From NCBI GenBank assembly GCA_001790445.1, contig MGCQ01000007.1, positions 17,030 through 58,805 of the forward strand: 41,776 bases of DNA. The letters are read 5' to 3'. Both the position numbers and the translations under genes were made by a program. This stretch comes from Candidatus Saccharibacteria bacterium RIFCSPHIGHO2_12_FULL_41_12 (lineage in GTDB: Bacteria > Patescibacteriota > Saccharimonadia > Saccharimonadales > 2-12-FULL-41-12). Positions 1-9,799 of this stretch are shown in pieces; position 1 is the stretch's first letter, and every line of letters starts with the position of its first letter. The notes below the pieces were generated by a model. That model searched no databases and was not told the DNA's origin. It saw only the letters and a list, made by a program, of their open reading frames with translations.

Positions 1-839
1 ACACAAAAAGTAATGCTTTTACAAACCCTGCCAAAAGACAGCTGACAAGCGATATTTTAGGCGTTAATCAAAATATTCAATTTATAGATGTGTCAGCAAA
101 CTTTAGCAAACTCAGGCAAATCAAACAGCCTGAGGAAATAGCAATGATGAAAACTGCCGCAAAACAAACAGTCAAAATATTTAAAAATATTGCCACAAAA
201 TTACCAAAATTCACCAGCGAACACGATCTATCCATAGAACTCGGCGTAGCCTTAGTCAAAGGTGACATTGCTGTGGCTTATGACCCGATTATCGCGGGTG
301 GTGCAAATGCCAATACTCTACATTACCACGGAGCCAGCGCGCAATCAGTTGCCGAAGTAGTTCTTCTTGATATTGGCGTAGAGCACGGTGGTTATGCATC
401 TGACGTCACGAGGACTTATTTTGATCCGACAAATCAACGGTACGGCGATGTGCACAAGGCGCTTCTAGAAGTCTATGACTATGCTTGTTCTCTCGTAATG
501 CCAGGGATGACCATGACACTGATAGAACAACGGGTCCGACAATTTATGGGTGAAAAACTGCGTGAGCTTGGTCTTGTTGACGTGATCACCCCCCAGCTAA
601 TTGGTCAATTTTTCCCACACGGTCTAGGACATTTCGTAGGACTTGATGTACATGATGTTGGAGATAAAGATAAACCACTCGTTGCGGGTATGGTAGTGAC
701 GATGGAGCCTGGCATTTACATCGAAAATGAGGGTTTTGGTATGCGTCACGAAGATACTCTTCTCATTACCGAGTCAGGATATGAAAATTTAACTCAGCAG
801 GCACCAATCACTGGAGAGAGCAGTTCCTCGAAATTATGA
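1..839 (+). CDS. Xaa-Pro aminopeptidase (M24 family), 5'-truncated by window edge
   Basis: M24 motifs LLDIG..GYASDVTRT, HGLGHFVGLDVHD, TMEPGIY, GMRHEDT; frame is open upstream of the listed GTG at 90 to the window start. Confidence 0.9.
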   Translation, partial: TKSNAFTNPAKRQLTSDILGVNQNIQFIDVSANFSKLRQIKQPEEIAMMKTAAKQTVKIFKNIATKLPKFTSEHDLSIELGVALVKGDIAVAYDPIIAGGANANTLHYHGASAQSVAEVVLLDIGVEHGGYASDVTRTYFDPTNQRYGDVHKALLEVYDYACSLVMPGMTMTLIEQRVRQFMGEKLRELGLVDVITPQLIGQFFPHGLGHFVGLDVHDVGDKDKPLVAGMVVTMEPGIYIENEGFGMRHEDTLLITESGYENLTQQAPITGESSSSKL

Positions 840-1219
840 GACGTAGACACAGCTTATTATCATTGTTTTTGTTGCGTTGGTTTGTCGGCTCTCTTGGCAT
901 TTGGATCGCTGCGGGACTTTTGGGTGGGTCTATAGACTACCAAAATAGTCCAAAAGTAATTATTTTTTCGGGCCTGATTCTTGCAATTGTTAATACTCTT
1001 ATCAAGCCAATCTTAGTATTTTTAGCATTTCCGTTTATATTGCTGAGTCTCGGTCTGTTTATGATTGTAGTTAATGGGCTTATTCTTGCAGTTGTGAGCA
1101 ATTTGTATGGTCCGCTTCATATCGACGGTTTTGGCTCAGCTATGCTTGCAGGAATGATCATCGGGCTGGTAAACTATCTAGTAGTAACTATTATTGAACA
1201 ACCAAGGGGAAAAGAATGA
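836..1219 (+). CDS. 4-TM membrane protein, phage-holin-4/YvlD-like family
   Basis: hydrophobic; VNTLIKPIL..L..P..LLSLGLF..VVNG pattern typical of the family. Confidence 0.75.
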   Translation: MRRRHSLLSLFLLRWFVGSLGIWIAAGLLGGSIDYQNSPKVIIFSGLILAIVNTLIKPILVFLAFPFILLSLGLFMIVVNGLILAVVSNLYGPLHIDGFGSAMLAGMIIGLVNYLVVTIIEQPRGKE

Positions 1220-1428
1220 ACATTTTTGGGTATATAGCAATCGTGTCTATGGTTCTGATGACTATACTTATTTTGATGCAGACTAGGGGCGCAGGACTTG
1301 GTGCAGGACTTGGTGGTGGTGGCGAAGTTAATACGGTCAGGCGGGGGAGCGATAAAAGCATTCACCAAATTACTATTATATTGGTGATTATTTTTTGCGT
1401 GTCTTTGCTCCTTGGCATCTTAGTTTAG
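1216..1428 (+). CDS. secG: preprotein translocase subunit SecG
   Basis: two TM helices flanking ILMQ.RGAGLGAGLGG..RRG. Confidence 0.9.
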   Translation: MNIFGYIAIVSMVLMTILILMQTRGAGLGAGLGGGGEVNTVRRGSDKSIHQITIILVIIFCVSLLLGILV

Positions 1429-1434
1429 AGCGTT

Positions 1435-3228
1435 TTGGGTACTCATTTGGATAATCAAAAAACCACAAGATTCAAACGTTTGCTAAGAAAGCAGCGAAGA
1501 AAAGCAGAAAAGAGCGCTTTGTCAGCTGATTCACGGATTGACCAGCATCTTGGAAACAAAGTCTATCGGTTTGAGTCAGTTCGGAGATTTATGTTCGGCT
1601 GGATAGCGATTGTTTTGTTGATAGCTGGGGTTACTCTTTATCAGTTTAATGTTTTTTATGATGCAACAAGACAAGTTGTTCCCGCAAAGGGGGGTGTTTT
1701 TCGTGAAGGCATTATTGGTAGATTTACAAATGCTAATCCTGTTTTTGCTGTCGGAGCAGTAGATACATCCGTATCAAAATTATTATATTCTGGGTTACTC
1801 AAATACGATGGAAATGGCACATTAGTTGGTGATTTGGCAGAGAGTTGGACTATTGATCCTGGTGGCAAAATCTATACTGTAAAACTCAAAAAAGACGTAC
1901 AGTGGCATGACAAAAAACCTCTTACTGCTGAGGACGTAGAATATACATACAAAATAATCCAAAACCCAGACATCAAATCACCATTTAGGAGTAGTTGGGA
2001 GGGGGTTGAAGTCAAAAAGACTGATGATCGAACTATTATCTTCACCCTGAAAGGATCAATTAGCTCGTTCCCTCATTATTTGACTAATGGCATAATTCCT
2101 AAACATATTTTTAGCAAAATTGATACTCAGCAAATTCGCTCATCAAGCCATAACAACCAGGACGTAATTGGCTCGGGACCGTTTAAGCTGACCAAAGTAG
2201 AAGTTAAGAAATCCGATGACGGACGAACGGCAGAAAGGATATCACTAGCTACTAATACAAATTATCACCTGGGCCGACCAAAAATCAATCAGTATTTTAT
2301 TCAGACCTATAAAGGAGAAGATTCTTTGATCCGTGATTTAAACCAGAGTAGACTCGATGCGATAAATGGTGTTTCAAATCCAGAGAAAATAATTGCCCAA
2401 AACGATAAAATAGTTGACATGTCCAGAATTCTCACAAGCCAGGTCAACGTGTTTTTCAAGGTTAGCGAGCCACCTTTTAACGATGTCAATCTCAGAAAAG
2501 CGCTGACGCTGGCGGTGGATCGCAAAGAAGCCACAAAGGGGCTTGGCTATCCGGTGAAAATATCTGACAGTCCGTTTCTTGACACTACATTTGCTTACGA
2601 CAAAAAACAGATTCAAAAGACAGATGATATTAATAAAGCTAACGCCTTGCTTGAATCTTCTGGCTGGGTTATGAACAAATCTACTGGGGTCAGAGAAAAA
2701 GCTGGGCAGAAGTTAGAGTTTAGTTTGACAGCGAGATCTTTGGATGATTACAAAAAAGTTTCAGAATCTTTGGTCCAACAATGGAAGGCAATCGGCGCCA
2801 ACGTAAGGGTAATTTTATTAGACGAAGAAGAAATGCAAAGTGCAATCGCCACTCATAATTATTCTGTCGTATTGTCAGCGATTAGTCTGGGATATGATCC
2901 TGATGTCTTTGCTTTTTGGCATAGTTCACAGAAAAATATTGGCTCTTCAACGAAGCTAAATCTCAGTGAATATTCCTCAAAACCAGCAGATATTGCGCTG
3001 GAAGGTGGTCGTTCTAGAAGTGATCCAAGTGTTCGAGCTGTTAAGTATGCTCCATTTACCACAAATTGGTTAAACGATAATCCTGCGCTGACTTTGTACC
3101 AGCCACGGTATGTATTTTTGGTCAGAGAACCTTTTTATAATTTCAATACGACCACCATGAGCGCAAGTACGGATCGTTACAATAATGTACATAATTGGAC
3201 AGTCAAAGATAAAAAAGTTCGCAAGTAG
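1435..3228 (+). CDS. peptide/nickel ABC transporter substrate-binding protein (family 5), N-terminal membrane anchor
   Basis: LYSGLLKYD..LVGDLAESW..YTVKLK..WHD..LTAEDV, GSGPFK motifs. Confidence 0.85.
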   Translation: MGTHLDNQKTTRFKRLLRKQRRKAEKSALSADSRIDQHLGNKVYRFESVRRFMFGWIAIVLLIAGVTLYQFNVFYDATRQVVPAKGGVFREGIIGRFTNANPVFAVGAVDTSVSKLLYSGLLKYDGNGTLVGDLAESWTIDPGGKIYTVKLKKDVQWHDKKPLTAEDVEYTYKIIQNPDIKSPFRSSWEGVEVKKTDDRTIIFTLKGSISSFPHYLTNGIIPKHIFSKIDTQQIRSSSHNNQDVIGSGPFKLTKVEVKKSDDGRTAERISLATNTNYHLGRPKINQYFIQTYKGEDSLIRDLNQSRLDAINGVSNPEKIIAQNDKIVDMSRILTSQVNVFFKVSEPPFNDVNLRKALTLAVDRKEATKGLGYPVKISDSPFLDTTFAYDKKQIQKTDDINKANALLESSGWVMNKSTGVREKAGQKLEFSLTARSLDDYKKVSESLVQQWKAIGANVRVILLDEEEMQSAIATHNYSVVLSAISLGYDPDVFAFWHSSQKNIGSSTKLNLSEYSSKPADIALEGGRSRSDPSVRAVKYAPFTTNWLNDNPALTLYQPRYVFLVREPFYNFNTTTMSASTDRYNNVHNWTVKDKKVRK

Positions 3229-3339
3229 CCCTCGCGGGGCAGAATTAATATAAATGCCAATTGCCTAAGACTCCTTGCTTATGCTACTCTGGTATGTAGA
3301 TTATGAGGGTAAATAGAGCAAGAAAGGTGGCATCAGGTT

Positions 3340-4959
3340 GTGAATAAGTTGGCCCATTATTTGCAAGAGCATCTTCGTGGTGAAGTTATCGTATCTGACA
3401 GCGTTAGACAAAGATACGCTCGTGACGCTAGTATTTTTGAACAAATGCCTAGTCTCGTGGCATATCCGATGGACGAAAGTGACATCCGCAAGGCAGCACG
3501 GTTTGCCTGGCAACTTGCTGAAAGAGGCCGGATTATATCTATTACCACACGCGGAGGCGGTAGTGATTTTTCTGGTGGTGCGATAGGTCAGGGGATTATG
3601 CTGGTGACGCCAGTGCACATGAACAAGATTTTAGAATTTGATTCAAAGAGTGGCTTTGTGGTGGTTGAACCAGGTATTAATTATGCCAAATTGCAACAGA
3701 TGCTACATACACACGGACGATTTTTGCCTGCTTACCCTGCGTCCTTAGAATATTCAACAATCGGCGGAGCAGTTGCCAATAATTCTAGTGGGGAACTGTC
3801 TGTAAAATACGGCGACACCAAAAATTTTGTCAATAGTCTACGGATAGTTTTGGCAAACGGCGAAGTCATAGATACAGGGCGACTGTCAAAGAGAGAACTA
3901 AGCAAAAAAATGGGCTTGTCATCGTTCGAGGGTGAACTATATCGCAATCTAGATACTTTGATCGAAGAAAACCATGATCTTATCACCAAATTTGAGCCAA
4001 CTTGGACCAAGAATGTTTGCGGTTATGATATCTTTTCGGTTAAGAAAAAAGACGGTTCTTTTGATCTAACCCCTCTGATAGTTGGGTCGCAGGGCACACT
4101 TGCGATTGTCAGTGAGGTGACTATGACCAGTGCAGATTATAATCCAGAGACAACGGTTATTGCCGCATATTTGCATGATTTTGGAAATATAGAAAAGATC
4201 ATTCAGCAGGTGTTAAAGATTAAGCCAAGTGCGTTTGAAGTTGTGGATAAATACTCACTAGAACAAGTCGTCAAAACCAGCCCAAATTTTCTTAAGGGAA
4301 GCCTGCCAAGCCGAATGCCAGAACTTATTTTGTTAATAGAGTTTGATGATCCGACCAAACAACAGACCAAAAATGTCAAAAAGACCCTTAAAATTCTCGA
4401 AGGTTTGCAGATAGATTACAGAGTCGAAACAGAAGAATCAGAACGACAAAACCTCTGGAAATTGCGTCATAGTGTCGGTTCAATTCATCTGCATAATGAT
4501 TCACAGACGGCACCTTTGCCAATCGTTGATGATGGCGTGGTGGCAATAGATAAATTAGAGCAATATTTTACAGGAGTTTATCAGATTTTAGAGAAGTATA
4601 ATCTCAAAATTGCTGTTTGGGGCCATATTGGGCAGGGCAACTTGCACATGCAGCCCTTGCTGGACATTGGGCAGCTAGGTGATAGACAAAAGGTCTTTCG
4701 GCTAATGCGTGAATATCATGATTTGGTGCTGTCCCTGGGTGGTTCTATCTCTGGTGAATACAATGACGGCAGACTGCGCGGTCCATATATCAAGCAACAA
4801 TTTGGTGACGAAATTTACGAGCTATTTATGAAGGTCAAAGCAGTCTTTGATCCATATTTTATTCTTAATCCAAAGGTAAAGATCGACGTTACTGGTGATG
4901 ATGTCTTGCCACTGCTACGAAGTGAATATTCCCTAGATCAACATATCCCAAGAAGCTAA
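3340..4959 (+). CDS. FAD-binding oxidoreductase (GlcD/D-lactate dehydrogenase-like)
   Basis: RGGGSD.SGGA, STIGGAVANN, GSQGTL, GHIGQGNLH, GGSISGE motifs. Confidence 0.85.
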   Translation: MNKLAHYLQEHLRGEVIVSDSVRQRYARDASIFEQMPSLVAYPMDESDIRKAARFAWQLAERGRIISITTRGGGSDFSGGAIGQGIMLVTPVHMNKILEFDSKSGFVVVEPGINYAKLQQMLHTHGRFLPAYPASLEYSTIGGAVANNSSGELSVKYGDTKNFVNSLRIVLANGEVIDTGRLSKRELSKKMGLSSFEGELYRNLDTLIEENHDLITKFEPTWTKNVCGYDIFSVKKKDGSFDLTPLIVGSQGTLAIVSEVTMTSADYNPETTVIAAYLHDFGNIEKIIQQVLKIKPSAFEVVDKYSLEQVVKTSPNFLKGSLPSRMPELILLIEFDDPTKQQTKNVKKTLKILEGLQIDYRVETEESERQNLWKLRHSVGSIHLHNDSQTAPLPIVDDGVVAIDKLEQYFTGVYQILEKYNLKIAVWGHIGQGNLHMQPLLDIGQLGDRQKVFRLMREYHDLVLSLGGSISGEYNDGRLRGPYIKQQFGDEIYELFMKVKAVFDPYFILNPKVKIDVTGDDVLPLLRSEYSLDQHIPRS

Positions 4960-5816
4960 ATTTTTATTAACACGGCAGCGACTATCACTAGTATGGCCGA
5001 AATAAATTTTCTGAAAAGGTGATTTTTCTCTTTGAGCAAAAAGTAGCTTAATAAAACAGTCGGTATGATCTGTGCAGGCAAAATTATTGCGACTTTTGCA
5101 GGTTCTGGCGCCGACCGATAAGCCCAGTACGTGAATACAAAATAGCTCACGCTAGGTATGGCGGAAATAAACAGAATGTGCAGGGTGTTGATCAACTTTT
5201 CTTTATGTTCTGATATGTCTGCAACAATTGCTCGCCATTTTACTGCGAACACAACAGAAGTTGAGCTAACGTAGGCAATAACGAGGTACGAAGCAGCACT
5301 GACTTGTTGTGATAATTCTGAGCTAGCCAGTAAAAATGCTGAGAAAGAAAGCCCAGAAAGGATCATCAGTGTTACCCCGCGTTTGTGGAACTCGACCTTG
5401 CCATTAACTACGTTCAAAATGGCTAGAGCCAAGATGATAATTCCGACGAAATTAATCGGGCTAAGTTTTAGATCAAGAAAAACGAGTGACATCAAAGTCG
5501 TGAACACCAATGTGGAAGAAAAAGCTATTTGTGCTGTGCCGTTTGTCAGGTTTTTGATTGCAGCAAAATATAGGATATTCCCGACTCCTTGGCCAATTGC
5601 TACCAGCGCTACGGCAGTCAGGCTAACCTTGGCAAGATCGATGTCGATACCACCCAAAAAAGGTGACACAAGGACCGAAACGATAAGTCCAGCGATTAGA
5701 AATAAAACAGTTTGGGTTTCACTGGATACTTTGATTTTATTTGATACAACTTTTGTAGAAATGCCCATAAAGGCACGAAAAATAACAGCAAATAATGTCA
5801 ACACTAACCAATTCAT
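4956..5816 (-). CDS. EamA/DMT family transporter
   Basis: ~10 TM helices in two repeats, C-terminal LSYFLLKEK. Confidence 0.8.
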   Translation of the reverse strand: MNWLVLTLFAVIFRAFMGISTKVVSNKIKVSSETQTVLFLIAGLIVSVLVSPFLGGIDIDLAKVSLTAVALVAIGQGVGNILYFAAIKNLTNGTAQIAFSSTLVFTTLMSLVFLDLKLSPINFVGIIILALAILNVVNGKVEFHKRGVTLMILSGLSFSAFLLASSELSQQVSAASYLVIAYVSSTSVVFAVKWRAIVADISEHKEKLINTLHILFISAIPSVSYFVFTYWAYRSAPEPAKVAIILPAQIIPTVLLSYFLLKEKNHLFRKFISAILVIVAAVLIKI

Positions 5817-5842
5817 TGACGGTATTATAACAGGCGTCTATC
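5773..5842. repeat. ~70-bp direct repeat copy 1 (promoter plus 5' end of EamA gene)
   Basis: gcacgaaaaataac...caggcgtctatc recurs at 7957-8026 with few mismatches. Confidence 0.9.
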
Positions 5843-5984
5843 AATTTGGAGGAGTTATAAAACTGCACCATGACAAGTGTCATTTACTGGTAGTTTTTTC
5901 GTGGTCTGATGGTTCTAAATCTCGGCCTCATCGAAGATTAGAAAATAACGCTATGTAGGTGTTAGAAGAGAATTAAGACACATT

Positions 5985-6053
5985 TTGTTAATTAGGAGGA
6001 ACGTCCTCAGATACCTCAGATACTTGTTAATTAGGAGGAGCGTTCTCAGATAC
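5985..6053. repeat. tandem 30-bp REP-like palindromic repeat (2 copies plus 9-bp duplication)
   Basis: ttgttaattaggagga(a/g)cgt(c/t)ctcagatac at 5985-6014 and 6024-6053; internal GAGGA-acg-TCCTC hairpin; homolog at 10909-10942. Confidence 0.85.
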
Positions 6054-6109
6054 GTACTCTACTAGGGGGTTTTTGCAATAATAAAGTCGAATAATATTAC
6101 TGTTAAAAA

Positions 6110-7780
6110 TCATCCGCTCACAACGCACCTTACATAAATGGAGGCGGATTTCCCAAGATTGGGTTCTATAGAGCCATCGGAGAAATATACGGCCCACGCG
6201 GAATTGTATTCACCAAATTCTGGATCATAACCGACGGTCTCCGTAGCCGACCAATAGTAACTCGCCTGGAAGTTATTTCCATAGGAAACCTTCCCGGCAT
6301 AGATAGCTAGCAGTTCTTGCATGTTAGGCAGACGACCTCCAATCGCCTTACAGGCGTTTTGAGCTGGGTAGCCAGAGAAGTCTACCCCAGGGTTTACCTG
6401 TGGACTGACAAAACTGTACTCTGAGGGATAATTCGGATCAAGGCCGGTGGCACACTGGGGACTGCGACAAATAGAATCAGTTGGGTCCCAAGTGTAGGTG
6501 GAGCCAAGATCGGCACTACGAACATACTTGCCAGACAAGGTACCGGTTCCTGCTATCCAGTTTGGATCTGTTACTACTGTCGTAGCAGCGCTCGTTTGTG
6601 TACCAGTGTAGTTGCTTGTGCCGGTTGCCACAACCTTTATAAATTTAGTCCAATCACCCGTGACTAGGGTATATGTACTTGAGGTTGCTCCGGGTATATC
6701 TGTGTATGTCCCTTCAGAAGTAGCTGCATTTTGCCATTGATAAGTTACGGTCGCACCCAGCGGTGTTAAGGCACCAGCTGTTAAGACCTGACCTACTGTA
6801 GGCGTTCCGGTTATGGCTCCAATAGCGGTGAGTGGGGCTGTCGTAATCACACCAGTCGCTACCACATAATCTACCGGTTTTACATACTTAGCGGCGTCAG
6901 CTCCACCCAGCGTGTAGACGACAGTGATGGTTTTACCGGTACCGACGGCCGAGGTATCGTAAGTTGCTACGGCACTGACAGTGACAACGTCAGGTGCAAC
7001 TACGCCACTGAGAGATCCAGCAGTCACAGCGGCTGTTGTGTCACCATCATATGGTTTTGATAGTGTAAGGCTTGGCGCAGATATGGTTAGTTGATTGATA
7101 GCAAAGGTTACTGAGATAGTATGGTTGGCAGAAACATTCGAAAAAGTGTATGTACTAACTGCACCGGCCGAAACACCATCAACTAGAACATCATCAATAT
7201 GATAAGTGGCACCTGGAGTAATAGTGTAGGTTTGACTTGATCCATCATTTTTAGTTGTAACACCATTAGGAGTAATTGAACCGTTTGCTCCTGCTGTAGA
7301 AGTTAAAGTAAAGGTAGGGATACTTTGAACAGTCGAGACAGTCGTTGCCCCTGTATTGCCTGAACCATAATAGCTTCTTTGAGATGGAGCACTGGGGGTA
7401 GTGTCGTTTGATTCGGCGGTCGGGGTTAAAGTATCAGTGGTTAGTGGATCGGCTTTAAAAATGGCTGTTGCATTAATATCACCTTGAACATTTGTATCAA
7501 TCCTTGAAGCTTCGGTACTGCCATTGTCGCTCCATTTTACAAAGTGATATTTAGAATTAGAAACAGCAGTAACTTTTGTGCCGGTTCTACCCTTGTCAAC
7601 AGTTTGAGGAGTAGTGCCTTCAATCGAGCCGTTTGTTCCTGCTGTGTAGGTCAAAGTAAATTGAGGAATTGGTTTGTTTATGAAAAACTGGTTGATTATA
7701 AAGACAAGAGTAAGTATAGAAAGAAAGCCAACACAAATGCTAATAAATATAGCCCTGTAGGATTTACCGCCTATCATCAA
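6110..7780 (-). CDS. membrane-anchored surface/adhesin-like protein: Thr-rich beta-repeat domains and C-terminal CLec-like (DUF1566/Lcl-type) domain
   Basis: N-terminal TM; LTYTAG.NGSI repeats; SKPYDGDT YDG-like domain; C-terminal AC..IGGRLP..EL...YWSATE...AW.V.F.DG...VRCV. Confidence 0.75.
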   Translation of the reverse strand: MMIGGKSYRAIFISICVGFLSILTLVFIINQFFINKPIPQFTLTYTAGTNGSIEGTTPQTVDKGRTGTKVTAVSNSKYHFVKWSDNGSTEASRIDTNVQGDINATAIFKADPLTTDTLTPTAESNDTTPSAPSQRSYYGSGNTGATTVSTVQSIPTFTLTSTAGANGSITPNGVTTKNDGSSQTYTITPGATYHIDDVLVDGVSAGAVSTYTFSNVSANHTISVTFAINQLTISAPSLTLSKPYDGDTTAAVTAGSLSGVVAPDVVTVSAVATYDTSAVGTGKTITVVYTLGGADAAKYVKPVDYVVATGVITTAPLTAIGAITGTPTVGQVLTAGALTPLGATVTYQWQNAATSEGTYTDIPGATSSTYTLVTGDWTKFIKVVATGTSNYTGTQTSAATTVVTDPNWIAGTGTLSGKYVRSADLGSTYTWDPTDSICRSPQCATGLDPNYPSEYSFVSPQVNPGVDFSGYPAQNACKAIGGRLPNMQELLAIYAGKVSYGNNFQASYYWSATETVGYDPEFGEYNSAWAVYFSDGSIEPNLGKSASIYVRCVVSG

Positions 7781-7956
7781 TAACCTCTTTCCTACTGCGC
7801 GAAAAGAATTGTGACTCGAGTATGATAAAACCGTTAATTTTTCCCCTCTTTTATCTAAGCCTTTTTAGTAATTTAGGAATAGCCTTGACCATTAATTTTC
7901 TATAGACTTTCCCAATGGTAGTATATCAATAAAAAACTTATACTTATATACCATAA

Positions 7957-8026
7957 GCACGAAAAATAACGGCAAAAAATGTCAACACTAACCAATTCAT
8001 TGACGCTATTATAACAGGCGTCTATC
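7957..8026. repeat. direct repeat copy 2: truncated duplicate of EamA 5' end
   Basis: minus strand reads MNWLVLTFFAVIFRAYGI* versus MNWLVLTLFAVIFRAFMG in EamA. Confidence 0.9.
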
Positions 8027-8162
8027 GAATTGGTGGAGCTTTGCAACTTCGCTTGAACCTATTTCCAGCAAAATGTCTAAGCCCAGCCGCCATAAACGGC
8101 AGAGGCGGATGGGGCTCGCCAAACAGAGGAATAACAGGCTAGAAACCTGCTATAATTTTGTT

Positions 8163-9145
8163 ATGAGTGAAAGCAATTTAATTACATACAACAACCAACT
8201 TCGCCTAGCTTTCTCTGACGTAGACGAAACGATAGCAGATGTTTATACACCTGCCGAGCCAGAGATGATTACTGAGCTTTCGTCATATTTACAAGACGGT
8301 GGCAAACTATTTATGGTAACTGGCGGAGTATAGCACGCATACAAAGGGATATAACTGACCATATAGATCCCTCATTACGCCATGATATTCTTGTTAGCCA
8401 TTGTAGTGGTGTTGAAGTATGGGGTTTCACGGATACAGGCAGCTTGAGAGATGAGCCTTTTTATAGTATCTATGAAGCAACATTTACGCCAGAAATGAAA
8501 GAAGCGTGGCGGGAAGTCATTGAGCAGCTCGTAAGAGAGTTTGTGCTTCGCGCTCACCCCGCCCAGCCAAAAATAGATTTTTGGGATACCATTGGTCGTG
8601 ACCCACTAGATATTATGCTTGATGACCGTGGCCCGCAGATAACAATGGAGGTTGTAAACGGTACAGATTTAACTGATGAGCAACTATCCAAGTTAAGTTA
8701 TCCTGTACCTATCACGCATGGAAAGCGAGATTTGCGTACAGCAATTAAAGAGCGTTCTATAAAGCTTTTGAAAGAAGCAGGCGTTCCCATTACCCCACGA
8801 TTCGGCGGTAATTTTGCGTTGGATTTTGCAGTTGAGGGTGTGTCAAAGACTACTTCAATCAAGTCTGTACTCATGAAGCCAGAAGTTCTGTCCACAATAG
8901 GCTTAAAATTAGAAGATGTCCAAAACCCAGCAGAGCTAGAAGTTTGGGGTGATAAATACTCTGTTTTGCATGGTGGTACAGATAGGCACATGAGTGAAGC
9001 TTTACCTCCAGAAGTCCGTTCTATTGATTTTCGAGAAGAGGATCCGTCTGAGTTCCCCGAAGGCTACAATATTGTGGTTTGGGGTGGCGAAAAGCATCTT
9101 CACTATGGATTACTTGAATATTTGCGGTCAAGACACGAGCAATAA
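8163..9145 (+). pseudogene. HAD-superfamily hydrolase split by a single-base frameshift near 8327
   Basis: DVDET motif I and MVTGG in first ORF; second frame open from ~8327 and carries GVSKT and WGD..GTD motifs. Confidence 0.7.
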
Positions 9146-9159
9146 TTCTCTACCGTTCT

Positions 9160-9245
9160 TGGTGCGCGAGAGAGGACTTGAACCTCCACGCCTTTGCAGG
9201 CACTTGCCCCTCAGACAAGCGTGTCTACCATTCCACCACTCGCGC
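9160..9245 (-). tRNA. tRNA-Leu(GAG)
   Basis: cloverleaf with long variable arm, loop CT-GAG-GG, TTCAAGT T-loop, CCA end. Confidence 0.95.
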
Positions 9246-9312
9246 GCATTGATCCAATTATAGCATTTATATCTTTCATAATCTAAGAGGTTAATGTATA
9301 ATTATTTGATAT

Positions 9313-9389
9313 GGGTGATTAGCTCAGTTGGCTAGAGCACCTCGTTTACACCGAGGGGGTCGGGGGTTCGAATCCCTCATCACCCACCA
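9313..9389 (+). tRNA. tRNA-Val(TAC)
   Basis: gggtgat/atcaccc acceptor, TT-TAC-AC loop, GGTTCGAATCC, CCA. Confidence 0.95.
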
Positions 9390-9410
9390 TTGAATATGAA
9401 TAGCCTACGT

Positions 9411-9486
9411 GGCTCTGTAGCTCAGTTGGTAGAGCAGAGGCTTGAAGAGCCTTGTGTCCACAGTTCGAGTCTGTGCGGAGCCACCA
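9411..9486 (+). tRNA. tRNA-Phe(GAA)
   Basis: cloverleaf, TT-GAA-GA loop, GTTCGAGTC, CCA. Confidence 0.95.
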
Positions 9487-9584
9487 TTCGACCTTTTATA
9501 AAAGGGAAAAGAGTAGCCCGAGTGTCGAATTTATTTCGCACCCGGAGCGTTGAGAAAAACCGTAGGTTTGTCTCAAGGATGTAG

Positions 9585-9660
9585 GCGGGTATAGCTCAGT
9601 TGATAGAGCGCATCCTTGCCAAGGATGAGGCCAGGAGTTTGAGTCTCCTTACCCGCACCA
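9585..9660 (+). tRNA. tRNA-Gly(GCC)
   Basis: gcgggta/tacccgc acceptor, TT-GCC-AA loop, T-loop TTTGAGT, CCA. Confidence 0.93.
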
Positions 9661-9697
9661 AAGAAAGAAGGTCTTGAAAAAGGCCTTTTTTCTTTGG
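9658..9697 (+). terminator. intrinsic terminator-like hairpin after tRNA-Gly
   Basis: ccaaagaaagaaggtctt-gaaa-aaggccttttttctttgg inverted repeat with T-run. Confidence 0.65.
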
Positions 9698-9709
9698 TCT
9701 GAGCGAGCT

Positions 9710-9799
9710 CTCAAACTCCTGGCCTCATCAAAAATCAAAAATAGGCCATTCTCCCGACCTGCCTACGGTCGGGAAGTTTGAGTCTCCTTACCCGCACCA
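9710..9799. repeat. tRNA-Gly-derived 90-bp unit A
   Basis: 9710-9729 is the exact reverse complement of tRNA 9624-9643; 9775-9799 is an exact copy of tRNA 3' end 9636-9660. Confidence 0.92.

Noticed and set aside
836-1219. Prophage suggested by a holin-family gene
   Set aside because: It sits between a peptidase and secG with no phage genes nearby.
5383-5958. 191-aa + strand ORF and the other antisense or overlapping short ORFs, including those over tRNAs
   Set aside because: Shadows of well-supported genes, with no recognisable motifs.
7781-7892. Phase-variable N-terminal extension of the adhesin via an A5 tract
   Set aside because: The tract is too short and the existing start already yields a sensible TM anchor.
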